Sequence record: PZ793367.1
DNA: 62,283 nucleotides
Reading direction: 5' to 3' (one strand)
DNA from: a phage
Made by a program: the position numbers and the translations under genes. The notes below the pieces were generated by a model. It was not told the DNA's origin. It did no database searches and saw only the letters and a program-made list of their open reading frames with translations. Of the stretch, positions 1 through 10,393 are shown in pieces. Each line of letters begins with the position of its first letter. Position 1 is the first letter of the stretch.

Positions 1-747
1 ATGACACCAGAAACCCGCGCGGGGTTTATCCTGGAGTACATCGAAGGCGACCTGACCGATCAGTTGCTGGCGGCAAAGTACGGCCTCGATGACTACCAGT
101 TTAAAACCGCTGTACATATCGGAACCGGGAACATCATCAAGCCGGAACCTCTAACCCGTGGATTAAAGCGCGGTATGCGTAACAGTATGGCGGTGACTCA
201 TCTCGCTACCAAAACACTTGACGCTGAAGAGATGGCATTGAGTCCCCTTCAGTCGGCTGAGATTATCGAACCGAAGGCGCGCGACCTGGCGCTATTCCTC
301 AATAACGCGGAGCTATCTTTCGCTAATAACGTGCTCAGGGGAATGAACGCCACCGCAGCAGCCGCCGCCAGCTTTGAGATCTTCAATAAACAACTGGCTG
401 ATAAGAAGGCCGCCGAATTATTGCGGTCATCTCACGTTGCCGACTACCTGGCGAGCATGAAGGGCCGCAGCTTATTCGCACCAGTAAGGAACAAAGCGTA
501 TCTCGAAGCCGTGCTATGGCAGGTCATCGACCGTGGCCTACAACTGAAACAGGAAGTCGACACGCTTACAGGGTTACCAGTAGAAGGCCAATGTAAGTAC
601 GATCCGAAATCTGTCATTGCTGCAAGTGCGTTACTGTCACGCCTCAAAGGCTGGGATAACGTGGAGCAGGGACAAGGTGAAGCCGAAACACAACGCGATC
701 GCTTACGTCGACTGCAAGCAAACTTTAAACAGAATGGGGGTGAGTGA
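1..747 (+). CDS. putative terminase small subunit (DNA-packaging protein)
   Basis: 248-aa ORF directly upstream of and overlapping (TGATG) the large terminase gene; positional call only, no diagnostic motif. Confidence 0.4.
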   Translation: MTPETRAGFILEYIEGDLTDQLLAAKYGLDDYQFKTAVHIGTGNIIKPEPLTRGLKRGMRNSMAVTHLATKTLDAEEMALSPLQSAEIIEPKARDLALFLNNAELSFANNVLRGMNATAAAAASFEIFNKQLADKKAAELLRSSHVADYLASMKGRSLFAPVRNKAYLEAVLWQVIDRGLQLKQEVDTLTGLPVEGQCKYDPKSVIAASALLSRLKGWDNVEQGQGEAETQRDRLRRLQANFKQNGGE

Positions 748-2378
748 TGTCTAAGCGTGATGTGTGGGAGTTTACCAACACAGATGAAGACGTCTGGATG
801 TTGGTCGACTACTTAGAGAAGAAGGCAAATAGCGTTAACTTCACCTTTGAGGATGACTCGGAGATGGACGCGTTTTTCCTCAAGTGTCGCAACGAGTTCC
901 AATTCTTCGCTGAGCGGTGCCTTGTTATTCGTGGCAAGGACAACACGATCGCCCCCATCCGGCTTAACAAAGCTCAGCAATACATGAATGCAATCGCAGC
1001 CTGGCAGATGCACCACACCGGAAAGGTGCGGATTGTGGTCGTTAAAGGTCGCCAGCAGGGGATGAGTACCACGGTCCAGGCCAGAGCATACTGGAAGACG
1101 ATCCATACTGAGGCGTACCATTCGCTCATCATGGCGCATCAGGCTAAGTCATCCTCGGCGCTTTTCGACATGACCAAGCGTTACCATCAGCATTGCCCTC
1201 CAGACTTGCAGCCTGTTAAGGGTCACGATAACGGCATGATGCTTAGCTTTCCTGAGTTAGATAGCAAGTACGCCGTGGCAACCGCTGGTTCTACATCTGC
1301 CGGACGTGGCCTTACTGCTTCCTTCTTCCACGGGTCAGAAGTGGGCTTCTTTGATGATGGTGCTGAGATTGCATCTGGTATCATGCAGGCTATCCCTAAC
1401 GCTGACGGTACCGAGGTCTATTTAGAGTCAACCGCTAACGGTGCATCAGGCTATTTCTATACCCAGTGGATGCTTGCAGCGCCTGCGGTCAATGACAGTC
1501 TGACGGATGCCGACAGTTCCGGTTTTATCCGTGTATTCGTGCCGTGGTTCTGGCAAGACGAGTACCGCAGCGAGGCTCCTGATTCCTTCGTGTACAGCGA
1601 CGAGGAAAGCAAGTATGCCCGACTCTATGGACTGGACCGCGACCAGATGTTCTGGCGTCGTAAGCAAATCAAGTTACTCGATGGCGACTCCCGACGCTTC
1701 GACCGTGACTATCCGGCAACCGCTGAATTAGCTTTCCAGGCTACAGGCGACAACCTGCTAATCACGGGTGACATGGTGGCCTCTGCGTTGTACTGGGCGA
1801 AATCCGGTAAGCTGGATCCTGTCGGTGCCACCGTTATGGGTGTAGACGTTGCCGCTATGGGTGATGACTCGACGGCATTCGTGGTGCGTCGTGGTCGTGT
1901 GGTCCTGCATTGTGAGAAGCTGAGCAAGGCCAGCAACGGCGAGATTGCTAACCGTCTTCATGTACTGCGGGAACTGTACGGCGTCAACCATACGTTCATC
2001 GACGGTACTGGTGGTTACGGTACTGGCGTTCATGATCTCCTTGCTGCCCGTGGTGCTGCACATAATGTTACGCTGGTCCATTTCTCAGAGAAGGCTACCG
2101 AGGACCACAAATACGCTAATAAACGTGCTGAAATGTGGGTCCGTATTCGTGACTGGATGCGTAACGCTGCCTCACTTCCCCAGGGTCATGACTGGGGCCG
2201 CGACCTCTGCGCGCCAACCTACCGCTTTGATGGTGACCGCCTGCGTCTTGAGAAGAAGGACGAAATCAAGAAACGCATTGGTCGCTCACCGGATATTGGG
2301 GACGCGCTGGCACTTACTTTCGCCTTCCCGGTCATCGAGGGCGGCTACAACGACAGCTATGAACCGGACGTTGCTTAA
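747..2378 (+). CDS. terL: terminase large subunit
   Basis: Walker-A-like VKGRQQGMST and ESTANG segment, ATPase then nuclease-like C-terminal half; ATG at 747 preferred over GTG at 744. Confidence 0.8.
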   Translation: MSKRDVWEFTNTDEDVWMLVDYLEKKANSVNFTFEDDSEMDAFFLKCRNEFQFFAERCLVIRGKDNTIAPIRLNKAQQYMNAIAAWQMHHTGKVRIVVVKGRQQGMSTTVQARAYWKTIHTEAYHSLIMAHQAKSSSALFDMTKRYHQHCPPDLQPVKGHDNGMMLSFPELDSKYAVATAGSTSAGRGLTASFFHGSEVGFFDDGAEIASGIMQAIPNADGTEVYLESTANGASGYFYTQWMLAAPAVNDSLTDADSSGFIRVFVPWFWQDEYRSEAPDSFVYSDEESKYARLYGLDRDQMFWRRKQIKLLDGDSRRFDRDYPATAELAFQATGDNLLITGDMVASALYWAKSGKLDPVGATVMGVDVAAMGDDSTAFVVRRGRVVLHCEKLSKASNGEIANRLHVLRELYGVNHTFIDGTGGYGTGVHDLLAARGAAHNVTLVHFSEKATEDHKYANKRAEMWVRIRDWMRNAASLPQGHDWGRDLCAPTYRFDGDRLRLEKKDEIKKRIGRSPDIGDALALTFAFPVIEGGYNDSYEPDVA

Positions 2379-2440
2379 GATACAATCATCACACGGGGTG
2401 ACATGGAGTTACCCCACTTCGCCCAGGGAGGGCCATAGCA

Positions 2441-3277
2441 ATGACCGCTACCATCAAACTCATCACCGAGCAGACCGCTAACCAACTCGTCGACGCTGTA
2501 AACCGTTCTCAGGCTGACGGCTGGTTCCCGGTCTGCGGCGTCGTGGTCTTCAACGCTCGCTATACTCAGTTAATGGTGCTGGATACTGACGACACGACAC
2601 CGCCAGCCTGCAATTACTTTATCGTAGATGCTGCCGATGACGTGTCGTTCACCCAGCGCGTCAATCAATTACTCGACCTCAATCCCGGCGCTGTTTGCCT
2701 GTCGCCCGTTCAGTATTTCCAGGCTCGCTACATTCAAGCCTACGGCGATGATAGTCACGGTCAAACTACTGGCGGCGCTGTGTTCCGTGCATCGTTCACG
2801 ACGACCAATCTCGTAGCCACGCAGTATGTTACAGCAGACAATACGCCGCAGGTGGTCACCTTCAATGCTCAGGCCATACCTAACGCGGCGCTGGGTACAC
2901 TCGACAACGCCACAGGTATATTCACAGCGGCGCGGCGCATTGTCGGTACTCTGGCTATAAGTTGTCAGGTGCGTCGGACTACTGGCGGCGCTGCGGCGGT
3001 AACGTGGGGATTTCAGGTGGAGACTTCACCGGACGGCATAACATGGACACCGACCGCCGGGAGTGCACGTTACATTAACCTTCGTGGTGCCGGGAATAAC
3101 AACGTTTTGCAGACAACCAACCTCACGGCAGCGGTGGATATTCCAGCAGGTACCCTTGTACGAATTACACAGATGACAGACACGTCATCGGCTAATGTAG
3201 GACTGGTAGCACTTCCAGCCATGTTAGGTGGCGCTACAGCCGCTGGTCTGGTGTTCTCGTTGATTACCACGCTGTGA
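2441..3277 (+). CDS. hypothetical virion protein (possible receptor-binding or adaptor protein)
   Basis: 278-aa ORF with GGAGG-like RBS, Thr/Ala/Gly-rich C-terminal half; precedes a tail-fibre gene. Confidence 0.4.
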   Translation: MTATIKLITEQTANQLVDAVNRSQADGWFPVCGVVVFNARYTQLMVLDTDDTTPPACNYFIVDAADDVSFTQRVNQLLDLNPGAVCLSPVQYFQARYIQAYGDDSHGQTTGGAVFRASFTTTNLVATQYVTADNTPQVVTFNAQAIPNAALGTLDNATGIFTAARRIVGTLAISCQVRRTTGGAAAVTWGFQVETSPDGITWTPTAGSARYINLRGAGNNNVLQTTNLTAAVDIPAGTLVRITQMTDTSSANVGLVALPAMLGGATAAGLVFSLITTL

Positions 3278-3283
3278 TACCAT

Positions 3284-3299
3284 AGGGGCTTCGGCCCCT
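3284..3299 (+). terminator. GC stem-loop GGGGC-UUCG-GCCCC (terminator or RNA stability element)
   Basis: Perfect 5-6 bp GC stem with UUCG tetraloop 7 nt after stop codon at 3277; weak U-tract. Confidence 0.45.
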
Positions 3300-3318
3300 T
3301 ATTCACGGAGTACATGAC

Positions 3319-4767
3319 ATGGAACTAACAGTCGCTGGCGGCTACTTCATTCCCGGCAAGACGCCGCAAATTATCAATAAGGTTAATGAGTTAATCGCTC
3401 TCGGCTACGTTCCCTACGGTACCCCGACGTATAACGAGGCCAGCGGTTGGGTAAGTCAGCTAATGGTGCTGGGCTACGGCGGCAGCGCTACTGACTACAC
3501 TCTCACGACGGGTTATCTCGATAAGACTCCCTACTTCCCTAAGAAGCCGCCAGTTAACGGTAATTGGGTGTTGCTCGGCTCACTACTGGCGCGCTCCAAT
3601 AATTTCTACGTGCACGCATGGCTTGACGGCGTAGCCGCTGGCCCACTCATCAATATCGACACGGGTACCACTGGCACGCTACCAGTCAGCCGGGGCGGTA
3701 CAGGGGCAACCACGGAACTGGACGCACGCAACAATCTGGAGTTAGGCGCAGAGGATGACGTGACGTTTAACAGCGTTACCAGTCGCAAGCGCAATACCGG
3801 AACGTCAGCGTTCATTGCTCAGGGCATTGATGGCTACACTCCAGCATCCAGCTTTACAACGCAGATGTACGACACCGCAGGTACCACGTTGCTCGGTCAG
3901 GGCGAGTTCCGCGCCAACAATAACGGTACGCTGCAAATCATCAACCGCGATCCTGTAGGTTCAACGTCATACTTCTGGACCTTCGGACGCGACGGGACTA
4001 CTGAGTTTCCGGGACAAACAATTATTCCCGCAACTCCGGGTAAACCTTGCATCCTCAGGTCGGGCGCTCCGGTTCTCCAGTTTGAGGAAACCGATACTGG
4101 CAAGGTTTACACGATGGTTGCCGATGGTAGCGGTCTGCGTATCAATGCTAACAACACAAGCGGTCCGATCGTATGGGGTTATAGCGGAACAACATCTCGT
4201 CTACAATTACCTGGTATCGAGGGTAACATTCAGATGTATAGCGGCACCACAACCAGCCTCGGTGTAATCACTACTGGCGGCGGTACCACAGCGGTGGGTA
4301 CTCGCAACCAGTTTGAGGTGACCACTTCGGCGGGGTTCTATCTGGTGCGACGTAACACTCAGAACACCACCGGACAATATATTATCAACTTCCCTACGAG
4401 TGCAGGAACCCTGGCCCTCGCAGGTACGTCAGGTATCAATTTCAAACATGACATTATTGACGCCGATTTACTGGAAGCTGTGAACCGCATCGACGCGCTA
4501 CGCATGGTCAACTTTGTCTACAACGACGACGAGCAAAACCGCCAGCGCTTCGGGATTATCGCGGAAGAGGCGGAAACTATAGCTCCGCAGTACATTAAAC
4601 ATCGTGAAGAAATGTATGAATGCGACATTGACGAGAACGGATCATCCATCAACCAGAAGTTCCGCGACCGTCCGTTTGTTGACGTTAACCCCATCGTCAT
4701 GGATTTACTGGGCTACGTTAAGCACTTGTCGGCACGCGTGGCTGAACTGGAAGAGAAATTAAAGTGA
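3319..4767 (+). CDS. tail fibre/tailspike protein with C-terminal intramolecular chaperone (peptidase S74-like) domain
   Basis: Fibre motif LPVSRGGTGATTELDARNNLELG near N-terminus; C-terminal DALRMVNFVYNDDEQNRQRFGIIAEEAETIAPQYI resembles the auto-cleaving chaperone domain. Confidence 0.7.
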   Translation: MELTVAGGYFIPGKTPQIINKVNELIALGYVPYGTPTYNEASGWVSQLMVLGYGGSATDYTLTTGYLDKTPYFPKKPPVNGNWVLLGSLLARSNNFYVHAWLDGVAAGPLINIDTGTTGTLPVSRGGTGATTELDARNNLELGAEDDVTFNSVTSRKRNTGTSAFIAQGIDGYTPASSFTTQMYDTAGTTLLGQGEFRANNNGTLQIINRDPVGSTSYFWTFGRDGTTEFPGQTIIPATPGKPCILRSGAPVLQFEETDTGKVYTMVADGSGLRINANNTSGPIVWGYSGTTSRLQLPGIEGNIQMYSGTTTSLGVITTGGGTTAVGTRNQFEVTTSAGFYLVRRNTQNTTGQYIINFPTSAGTLALAGTSGINFKHDIIDADLLEAVNRIDALRMVNFVYNDDEQNRQRFGIIAEEAETIAPQYIKHREEMYECDIDENGSSINQKFRDRPFVDVNPIVMDLLGYVKHLSARVAELEEKLK

Positions 4768-4799
4768 TGTTATCATGCACTGATTAACGGAGGTGTACT

Positions 4800-4988
4800 A
4801 TGGCAGGACGTCAAGTTTCATACACTACCCGCAGCTTCACTGAAATCGTGAATCGCCTGGACCCGAAGCGACTATCTACCCCGGAAGCGGTATACGTGTT
4901 CGATAACGGAAAGGTGAAGAGCGAGCAGCCGACGCTACCGGGTCACGACTATCGTTGGCTTAAGGACATTGATAATGACAACAGTTAA
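4800..4988 (+). CDS. hypothetical protein
   Basis: 62-aa ORF with GGAGG RBS upstream of ATG. Confidence 0.4.
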   Translation: MAGRQVSYTTRSFTEIVNRLDPKRLSTPEAVYVFDNGKVKSEQPTLPGHDYRWLKDIDNDNS

Positions 4989-5343
4989 CCATGCAGTAAT
5001 TTACACGCGCGGTACAGGTAGCGACGCCATCGAGATTGCAAACTACGAACTGGCCTCCATCATCGGCGAGTGTCTGCACAACGCATACCCCGGCTACCTG
5101 TGGCGTGTAAACGCTGAGATTGAAGGCGGTATCGTTAACATCCTGTGTGGCGACGTGTCCTACGAGTCCGGCGCTACGTTGATGATTGCCGATCTGGAAG
5201 AACCTGTCGCGGCCAAAGCGCTGGTGCTCCGCGCTGGCGGTGAAATCCTGGAACGCGCCAGGCTGCATCGTGGACGTATGCGCGAGCATGAACTGGTGGA
5301 AGCTAAGCGCGACATTCGTGGTAACATCATTGGTTTAAACTGA
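4975..5343 (+). CDS. hypothetical protein
   Basis: ORF in late operon; ATG at 4975 with AAGGA RBS preferred over TTG at 4969. Confidence 0.5.
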   Translation: MTTVNHAVIYTRGTGSDAIEIANYELASIIGECLHNAYPGYLWRVNAEIEGGIVNILCGDVSYESGATLMIADLEEPVAAKALVLRAGGEILERARLHRGRMREHELVEAKRDIRGNIIGLN

Positions 5344-5353
5344 GGATTAAGAG

Positions 5354-7735
5354 ATGCCGAACGCACAAAAGGGGATTAGTGAGTCCCTCGTTGGTCGCGC
5401 GCCGGACACCCAGTCGCCTTACGGCGGCGGTGGTGCTCGCGGGATTACGCAGGTAAACGACGATCCGTACCGCGCTAACCAGATTATTCCGGGCGCTGAA
5501 CTGGACATCAACCAGGCATCCTTCGGTGAGATGGACTCATTCTCCCAGTTCGAGAAGGAAGGCGACACGCTGCAAGCCGAGGAACAGACCTACGACCAAC
5601 CGGACGACTCCGGCGTTGCTGGTATGTCTGAAACTGAGTGGGTAGACCTCGGTCGCCGTTGCTATGACACGGGCCGCACCTTCTACCGTCAGGGCTACCA
5701 GACGCAGCACATCAACGACACCTATCTGTTTAAAGGTCGCCACGAACCGGGCAGCAAGTATTACAGCGAAGCGTTCCGCAACCGCTCGAAAGTTTTCCGC
5801 CCGTTAACCCGCATGGCCTCCCGTAGCTGGGAAGCGGACATTGCAACCGCTCTGTTCCTGAACGATGACTACATGCACATCTCGCCACGCAACGTAACCG
5901 ATCAGGATGCGGATAAAGCGGCGGCAGTGCTGAAGGAAATCGTAAACCTTCGTCTGGATAAAATCTGGTACCCGATTTGTATCGGTGCGGCGCAGGACTC
6001 ATTCATCAATGGGCCAGCAATCGCTAAGGTTTTCTGGTGGCGTGAAACTACCGTTACCAAAACCGACATTCCGGTGCTGGATGAAATGGGTAACCTGGTC
6101 GGTCTGGAAACTACCGAGAACGAAATCGTCGTTCACGATGAGCCGTACATCGACCTGATCCTGCCGGAAAACTTTATCTTTGACCCGACCGCAAAAGCGA
6201 ACGATGTCATCGGTACTGGCAAGTATTTCATCCACAGAAAAATGATGTCTGTTGATGACGTCATGGTACGGATGGAACGCGGCGAGTGGAACATGCTGTC
6301 ACCGGGCGAAATCCTGACGTGTCGCTGGGCGATGGAAGACGACGCCACGCAGCAGGCAAAACGCGGTGAAGGTAAGCCGGACCCAATCAACAACGACAAC
6401 GCTGACACCCGTTACGAATCCGTGATGGTTAACGAAGTGTTCGTCCGCCGTGACGGTATCTGGTACACCTACCACATGATGGGTACCCAGTTCTTACTGG
6501 AAATGCCTGTGGAACTGAAGAACCGCTATCACCACGGTCGCCTGCCGTTCGTTTACGGTACCTGCATGATTGAGTCTCACAATAACGTGCCGGACTCAAA
6601 AGCCCACCTGGGTAGCGAGTTGCAGAAGGCAGTGAACGAAATCAGTAACCAGCGCGTGGACAACGTCAAGCTCGTACTGAACAAGCGTTATCTGGCGCGT
6701 CGCGGTGCATCTATCGACCTGGCCGCTCTGACACGCTCCACTCCGGGCGGCGTAATTTTCACCAGCGACCCGGCTGGCGACCTGATCCCGCAGGAAGTGA
6801 ACGACGTCACCAGTAGCAGCTATGAGGAAACTCAGCGCCTGACTATGGAGATGAACGAAGCGCAGGGTACCTTCAGCGGCCAGGCTGTAGCCAACAACCG
6901 CGAGATGAACGAAACCGTCGGTGGCATGAAGTTGCTGAGCAACGCCGCTACCAAAGTGAACGACTTCGACATCCGTACCTTCGTGTTCACCTTCGTGCGC
7001 CCGGTGCTGGAACTGTTCATGCTCACCGTTCAGTATTATGAGAACGACGAGACGATCATGCACATCGCCGTCGACAACTCGGCCTACTTCCCGCGCCTCA
7101 ACGTGGAAGACCTGACCGACGATCTCATGACTAAACAGCTTGAGATGAAAGTCGATACAGGTATTGGTGCAACTGATCCGGTACAGCGCGTAAACACCTT
7201 GATGTACGGTGTGACGACGGTAATGCAGTTACCCGGCATGGCTGACAACATGGATAGTAAAGCCGTCGGCAGCGCTATCTTCTCAACGCTCGGTCAGGGC
7301 GACGGTAGTAAATTCTTCCCGAATCTGGCGAAGAACTTCCAAGAGCCGCCTCCGTCTGAACCACCAGTTGATCCGCTGGTACAGGCTGCACAGGAAGAAG
7401 CGAAAGGTCGAGTGCAGGAAGCGCAGATTAAAGCTGAACTGGAACTCCAGAAGCAAGCCAACCAACTGGCCGCCGACCGCGAACTGAAGTTGATTCAGAT
7501 GGCGCTTGACGCAGAACTGGAAGGTAAGCGCGGTCAGCTTGATATGTTGCTGTCTATGCTGGATAATGAAACCCGGCTACGGATTGCCGAAGCACAGGAC
7601 AAGACCAAGCGTCAGACCACCGCACTCCAGCACGGAAGCTCATTGCAGCAGACGGCGATGCAGCAGGCCCAGCAAATCGGCCAGCAGGTAACGCCTACTC
7701 AGCAGGAAGTTATCAATGAGTCAAACGTCAAGTAA
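5354..7735 (+). CDS. portal protein
   Basis: 793-aa ORF at the position expected for a portal, between terminase and scaffold/capsid genes; C-terminal Gln/Ala-rich coiled segment. Confidence 0.7.
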   Translation: MPNAQKGISESLVGRAPDTQSPYGGGGARGITQVNDDPYRANQIIPGAELDINQASFGEMDSFSQFEKEGDTLQAEEQTYDQPDDSGVAGMSETEWVDLGRRCYDTGRTFYRQGYQTQHINDTYLFKGRHEPGSKYYSEAFRNRSKVFRPLTRMASRSWEADIATALFLNDDYMHISPRNVTDQDADKAAAVLKEIVNLRLDKIWYPICIGAAQDSFINGPAIAKVFWWRETTVTKTDIPVLDEMGNLVGLETTENEIVVHDEPYIDLILPENFIFDPTAKANDVIGTGKYFIHRKMMSVDDVMVRMERGEWNMLSPGEILTCRWAMEDDATQQAKRGEGKPDPINNDNADTRYESVMVNEVFVRRDGIWYTYHMMGTQFLLEMPVELKNRYHHGRLPFVYGTCMIESHNNVPDSKAHLGSELQKAVNEISNQRVDNVKLVLNKRYLARRGASIDLAALTRSTPGGVIFTSDPAGDLIPQEVNDVTSSSYEETQRLTMEMNEAQGTFSGQAVANNREMNETVGGMKLLSNAATKVNDFDIRTFVFTFVRPVLELFMLTVQYYENDETIMHIAVDNSAYFPRLNVEDLTDDLMTKQLEMKVDTGIGATDPVQRVNTLMYGVTTVMQLPGMADNMDSKAVGSAIFSTLGQGDGSKFFPNLAKNFQEPPPSEPPVDPLVQAAQEEAKGRVQEAQIKAELELQKQANQLAADRELKLIQMALDAELEGKRGQLDMLLSMLDNETRLRIAEAQDKTKRQTTALQHGSSLQQTAMQQAQQIGQQVTPTQQEVINESNVK

Positions 7736-8114
7736 ATCACCTACGAGCGCGCATGTAGTATATGCGCGCAACATTAATCACATTGATATGCGGCAAGATG
7801 ATTTGATGTCGGATACCTTGCCCGTCAATTATCTTTACAGTAAGATAAACATCGGTGAGGATGCCGCTCACTTTTTTACCGAAACGTTGCTGGGCGCGGA
7901 TTTCGATGTGCGCCTTCGCGAGCAGTTCACCGCAGGCTTTGAGAAGTTGCTCACGGCTAACCCGGCGAACACTAGCGAAATTGTAGAGGCACAGATTGCC
8001 TGCCTGACCGTCATCAAAATTTACGAAACGATTGGCGCTCAGATTGAAGAAAAGGAAAGCAGCAAACAGCAGTTAAACCAACAGCAGTTAGATGAAGACG
8101 GAGAAACAGCATGA
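7716..8114 (+). CDS. hypothetical acidic protein
   Basis: 132-aa ORF overlapping portal end, AGGAAG RBS. Confidence 0.4.
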   Translation: MSQTSSKSPTSAHVVYARNINHIDMRQDDLMSDTLPVNYLYSKINIGEDAAHFFTETLLGADFDVRLREQFTAGFEKLLTANPANTSEIVEAQIACLTVIKIYETIGAQIEEKESSKQQLNQQQLDEDGETA

Positions 8115-9391
8115 CTATCCAACAGGACGCCATGACCCGTAAAGCAACCGAAGTATCAAAGCAACAGGTCATTGAAGAGAACAACGCAGCAGCCGTGGCC
8201 GCTGGATTCACCCAGCAGGAAATCGAAGGTGCCAGCGATCATCTGGATGCCGTCGAGAAGACCACCGAGGCCAAGAAAAGTATCACTGACCAGGTGCGCG
8301 AACAGCAAGCCGCTCAAGCTAAAGATCACGAAGACTTCCTCGCCAGCATCGCCGAACGTCGCCGCCAGCATTTAGCTGAAGGTGCAGGTGAAGGTTTCGA
8401 TCTCTACGGTCTTGACAATGACGAAGAAAGTCAGGACAATCAGGTACAGGAAGAAGAAACTGAGGTAGAGCAGGACGCTCAGGTGCAGCAGGAAGCAGCG
8501 CCGCAAGTGGATAACAATGCCCCTCGCTTCTTCACCGACGCCAACGGTAACCAGAAAGTTGAACTTCTGGTAAATGGCAAAGTTCAAGTAGTCGATGCTT
8601 CACGCGTTATCGCGGCAGCCCAAAAGCTGGAAGCAGGTGACGAGCGGTTGCGCCAGGCCGCAGAAGAACGCCAGCGTTTAGAACGCGAACGTGCTGAACT
8701 TGAACAACTAAGACTGGCCTCGCAACAGACTCAACAGCCATCCAGTACGGACGCTGACCCTGATCTGAAAGCGAAATTGCGACAAGGTTTTGAACGCCTT
8801 TATAACGAAGGCGACGATAGCGCACTGGACGAGCTAGTAGATACCCTGGCAAAAGGACGCCAACAGGCCATCCCACAGGTTGATACCACTCAGGTTGTTC
8901 AGCAAGTCATCGTAGAGCAAAACCGGAAAGCATGGGACCATGCCCTGCAAATCGACGCACAGGCTTACGAGTCTGATCCGGCGTATGCAGATGTGGTCGG
9001 TAACCCGGTACTCAGTACCAAAGCAGCACAGTACGCACAGCAACTGGTACGTGAAAGTAATGCACGCGACAACAACATTTCCCCACGGGAGATCATGAAT
9101 CGCGCAGCAAACATGGCACGTAACGAAGCGCGTGAACTGGCAGCGGCTTTAGGTTATACTAGTCAACAGGTTACCACAACGCAGCAGGTTAACTCTCGCG
9201 CAGCAGCAGTTGAAGCTCGTAAGAGTCAGGTAGGTCAAACCGTGCTGGGTAGCGGTGCGCAACGTGAAAGCGAAGCGCCGAAAAAAGCAGCAGTACCGGA
9301 TGGTGGCCGCAGCCCGTCTTCGATGGACGCTAAGTTGGCAGCCTTCTCAGGTCTGACGCAGGGCAGAACCGCCCCAGCAATTAAACGTTAA
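8111..9391 (+). CDS. putative scaffolding protein
   Basis: 426-aa acidic, Gln/Glu/Ala-rich coiled-coil-like ORF immediately upstream of major capsid gene. Confidence 0.5.
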   Translation: MTIQQDAMTRKATEVSKQQVIEENNAAAVAAGFTQQEIEGASDHLDAVEKTTEAKKSITDQVREQQAAQAKDHEDFLASIAERRRQHLAEGAGEGFDLYGLDNDEESQDNQVQEEETEVEQDAQVQQEAAPQVDNNAPRFFTDANGNQKVELLVNGKVQVVDASRVIAAAQKLEAGDERLRQAAEERQRLERERAELEQLRLASQQTQQPSSTDADPDLKAKLRQGFERLYNEGDDSALDELVDTLAKGRQQAIPQVDTTQVVQQVIVEQNRKAWDHALQIDAQAYESDPAYADVVGNPVLSTKAAQYAQQLVRESNARDNNISPREIMNRAANMARNEARELAAALGYTSQQVTTTQQVNSRAAAVEARKSQVGQTVLGSGAQRESEAPKKAAVPDGGRSPSSMDAKLAAFSGLTQGRTAPAIKR

Positions 9392-9413
9392 TCGTTGAAA
9401 GGAGAGTAACACT

Positions 9414-10385
9414 ATGGCAGGTCAATTGTGGGGCGTTGAGCGTCTCGGCGGGTTCATGTACTCAGACCAACTGAGTCAGTATCTGCGCAAAGAAGTACAG
9501 CCGATGATGCGTTTCCGCCAGTTCTGCTCGGCGAAAGAAGCATTTACCTACGGTCGTGGTGACATCTTCCACTGGGATATTTTCACCAACGTTCGTACCC
9601 AGGGCGGTCGTCTGAAAGAAGGTCAGGCTCTGCCAGAAACCAACTTCGAAATCCGCCAGGGTTCCTTGCAGATCGACGAGTTCGGTAACTCTGTACCGTA
9701 CACCAAAAAACTGGACAACTTGTCCAAAGTTCCGGTTGAGAACATTATCCAGTCCGCTCTGAAAGACGACTGTGCTAAAACCCTCGACTACGAAGCGTAC
9801 AACCAGTTCAACCAGACTCGTCTGGTAGCTTCCCCGGTTAGCGGCACCTCCGCTACTCAGGTGAACATCGAAGCCGTGGCCGCCGCTGGTGACCATACTG
9901 CGACTGTGAACGACGCTGCACTGTCTCTGGACCACGTTAAAGCTATCATCGACGAGATGAAAGAGCGTAACATTCCGGGCTACGACGGTGATGACTACTT
10001 CGCTCTGGCGCGTCCGACGACTTTCCGTCCGATTCGTAACGAGATTGAAGAACTGTCTAAGTACGTTGAAAGCGGCTGGCGTAACATTCGCCTGGGCGAA
10101 ATCGGCAAATACGAAGGTTGCCGCTTTGTTGAGCAGACCAACATTCCGTCCAAAGGTTGGACCAATGGTAAGTCTGACGAAGCGTTCTTCTTCGGTGGCG
10201 ATACCGTAACTGAAGCAGTTACCGATCCTGAACAGATTCGTGGTAAACTGCCTACCGACTACGGTCGTTCCAAAGGTGTTGCGTGGTACTACATGGGTGG
10301 TTTCGGTATCGTTCACAACCAGTCTCAGGCTGACGATCCGCAGGCACTTCAGAACCGCATCATCCGTTGGGACTCAGCGTCCTAA
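9414..10385 (+). CDS. major capsid protein
   Basis: 323-aa ORF with strong AAAGGAGAG RBS, followed by a stable hairpin; position and size fit an HK97-fold capsid protein. Confidence 0.7.
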   Translation: MAGQLWGVERLGGFMYSDQLSQYLRKEVQPMMRFRQFCSAKEAFTYGRGDIFHWDIFTNVRTQGGRLKEGQALPETNFEIRQGSLQIDEFGNSVPYTKKLDNLSKVPVENIIQSALKDDCAKTLDYEAYNQFNQTRLVASPVSGTSATQVNIEAVAAAGDHTATVNDAALSLDHVKAIIDEMKERNIPGYDGDDYFALARPTTFRPIRNEIEELSKYVESGWRNIRLGEIGKYEGCRFVEQTNIPSKGWTNGKSDEAFFFGGDTVTEAVTDPEQIRGKLPTDYGRSKGVAWYYMGGFGIVHNQSQADDPQALQNRIIRWDSAS

Positions 10386-10393
10386 GTTTAATC

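Noticed and set aside
9462-10316. 284-aa minus-strand ORF across the major capsid gene, and similar antisense ORFs such as 12816-13799, 23125-23886 and 26584-27336.
   Set aside because: They overlap strongly supported late genes on the opposite strand, lack ribosome-binding sites and have composition typical of non-coding frames.
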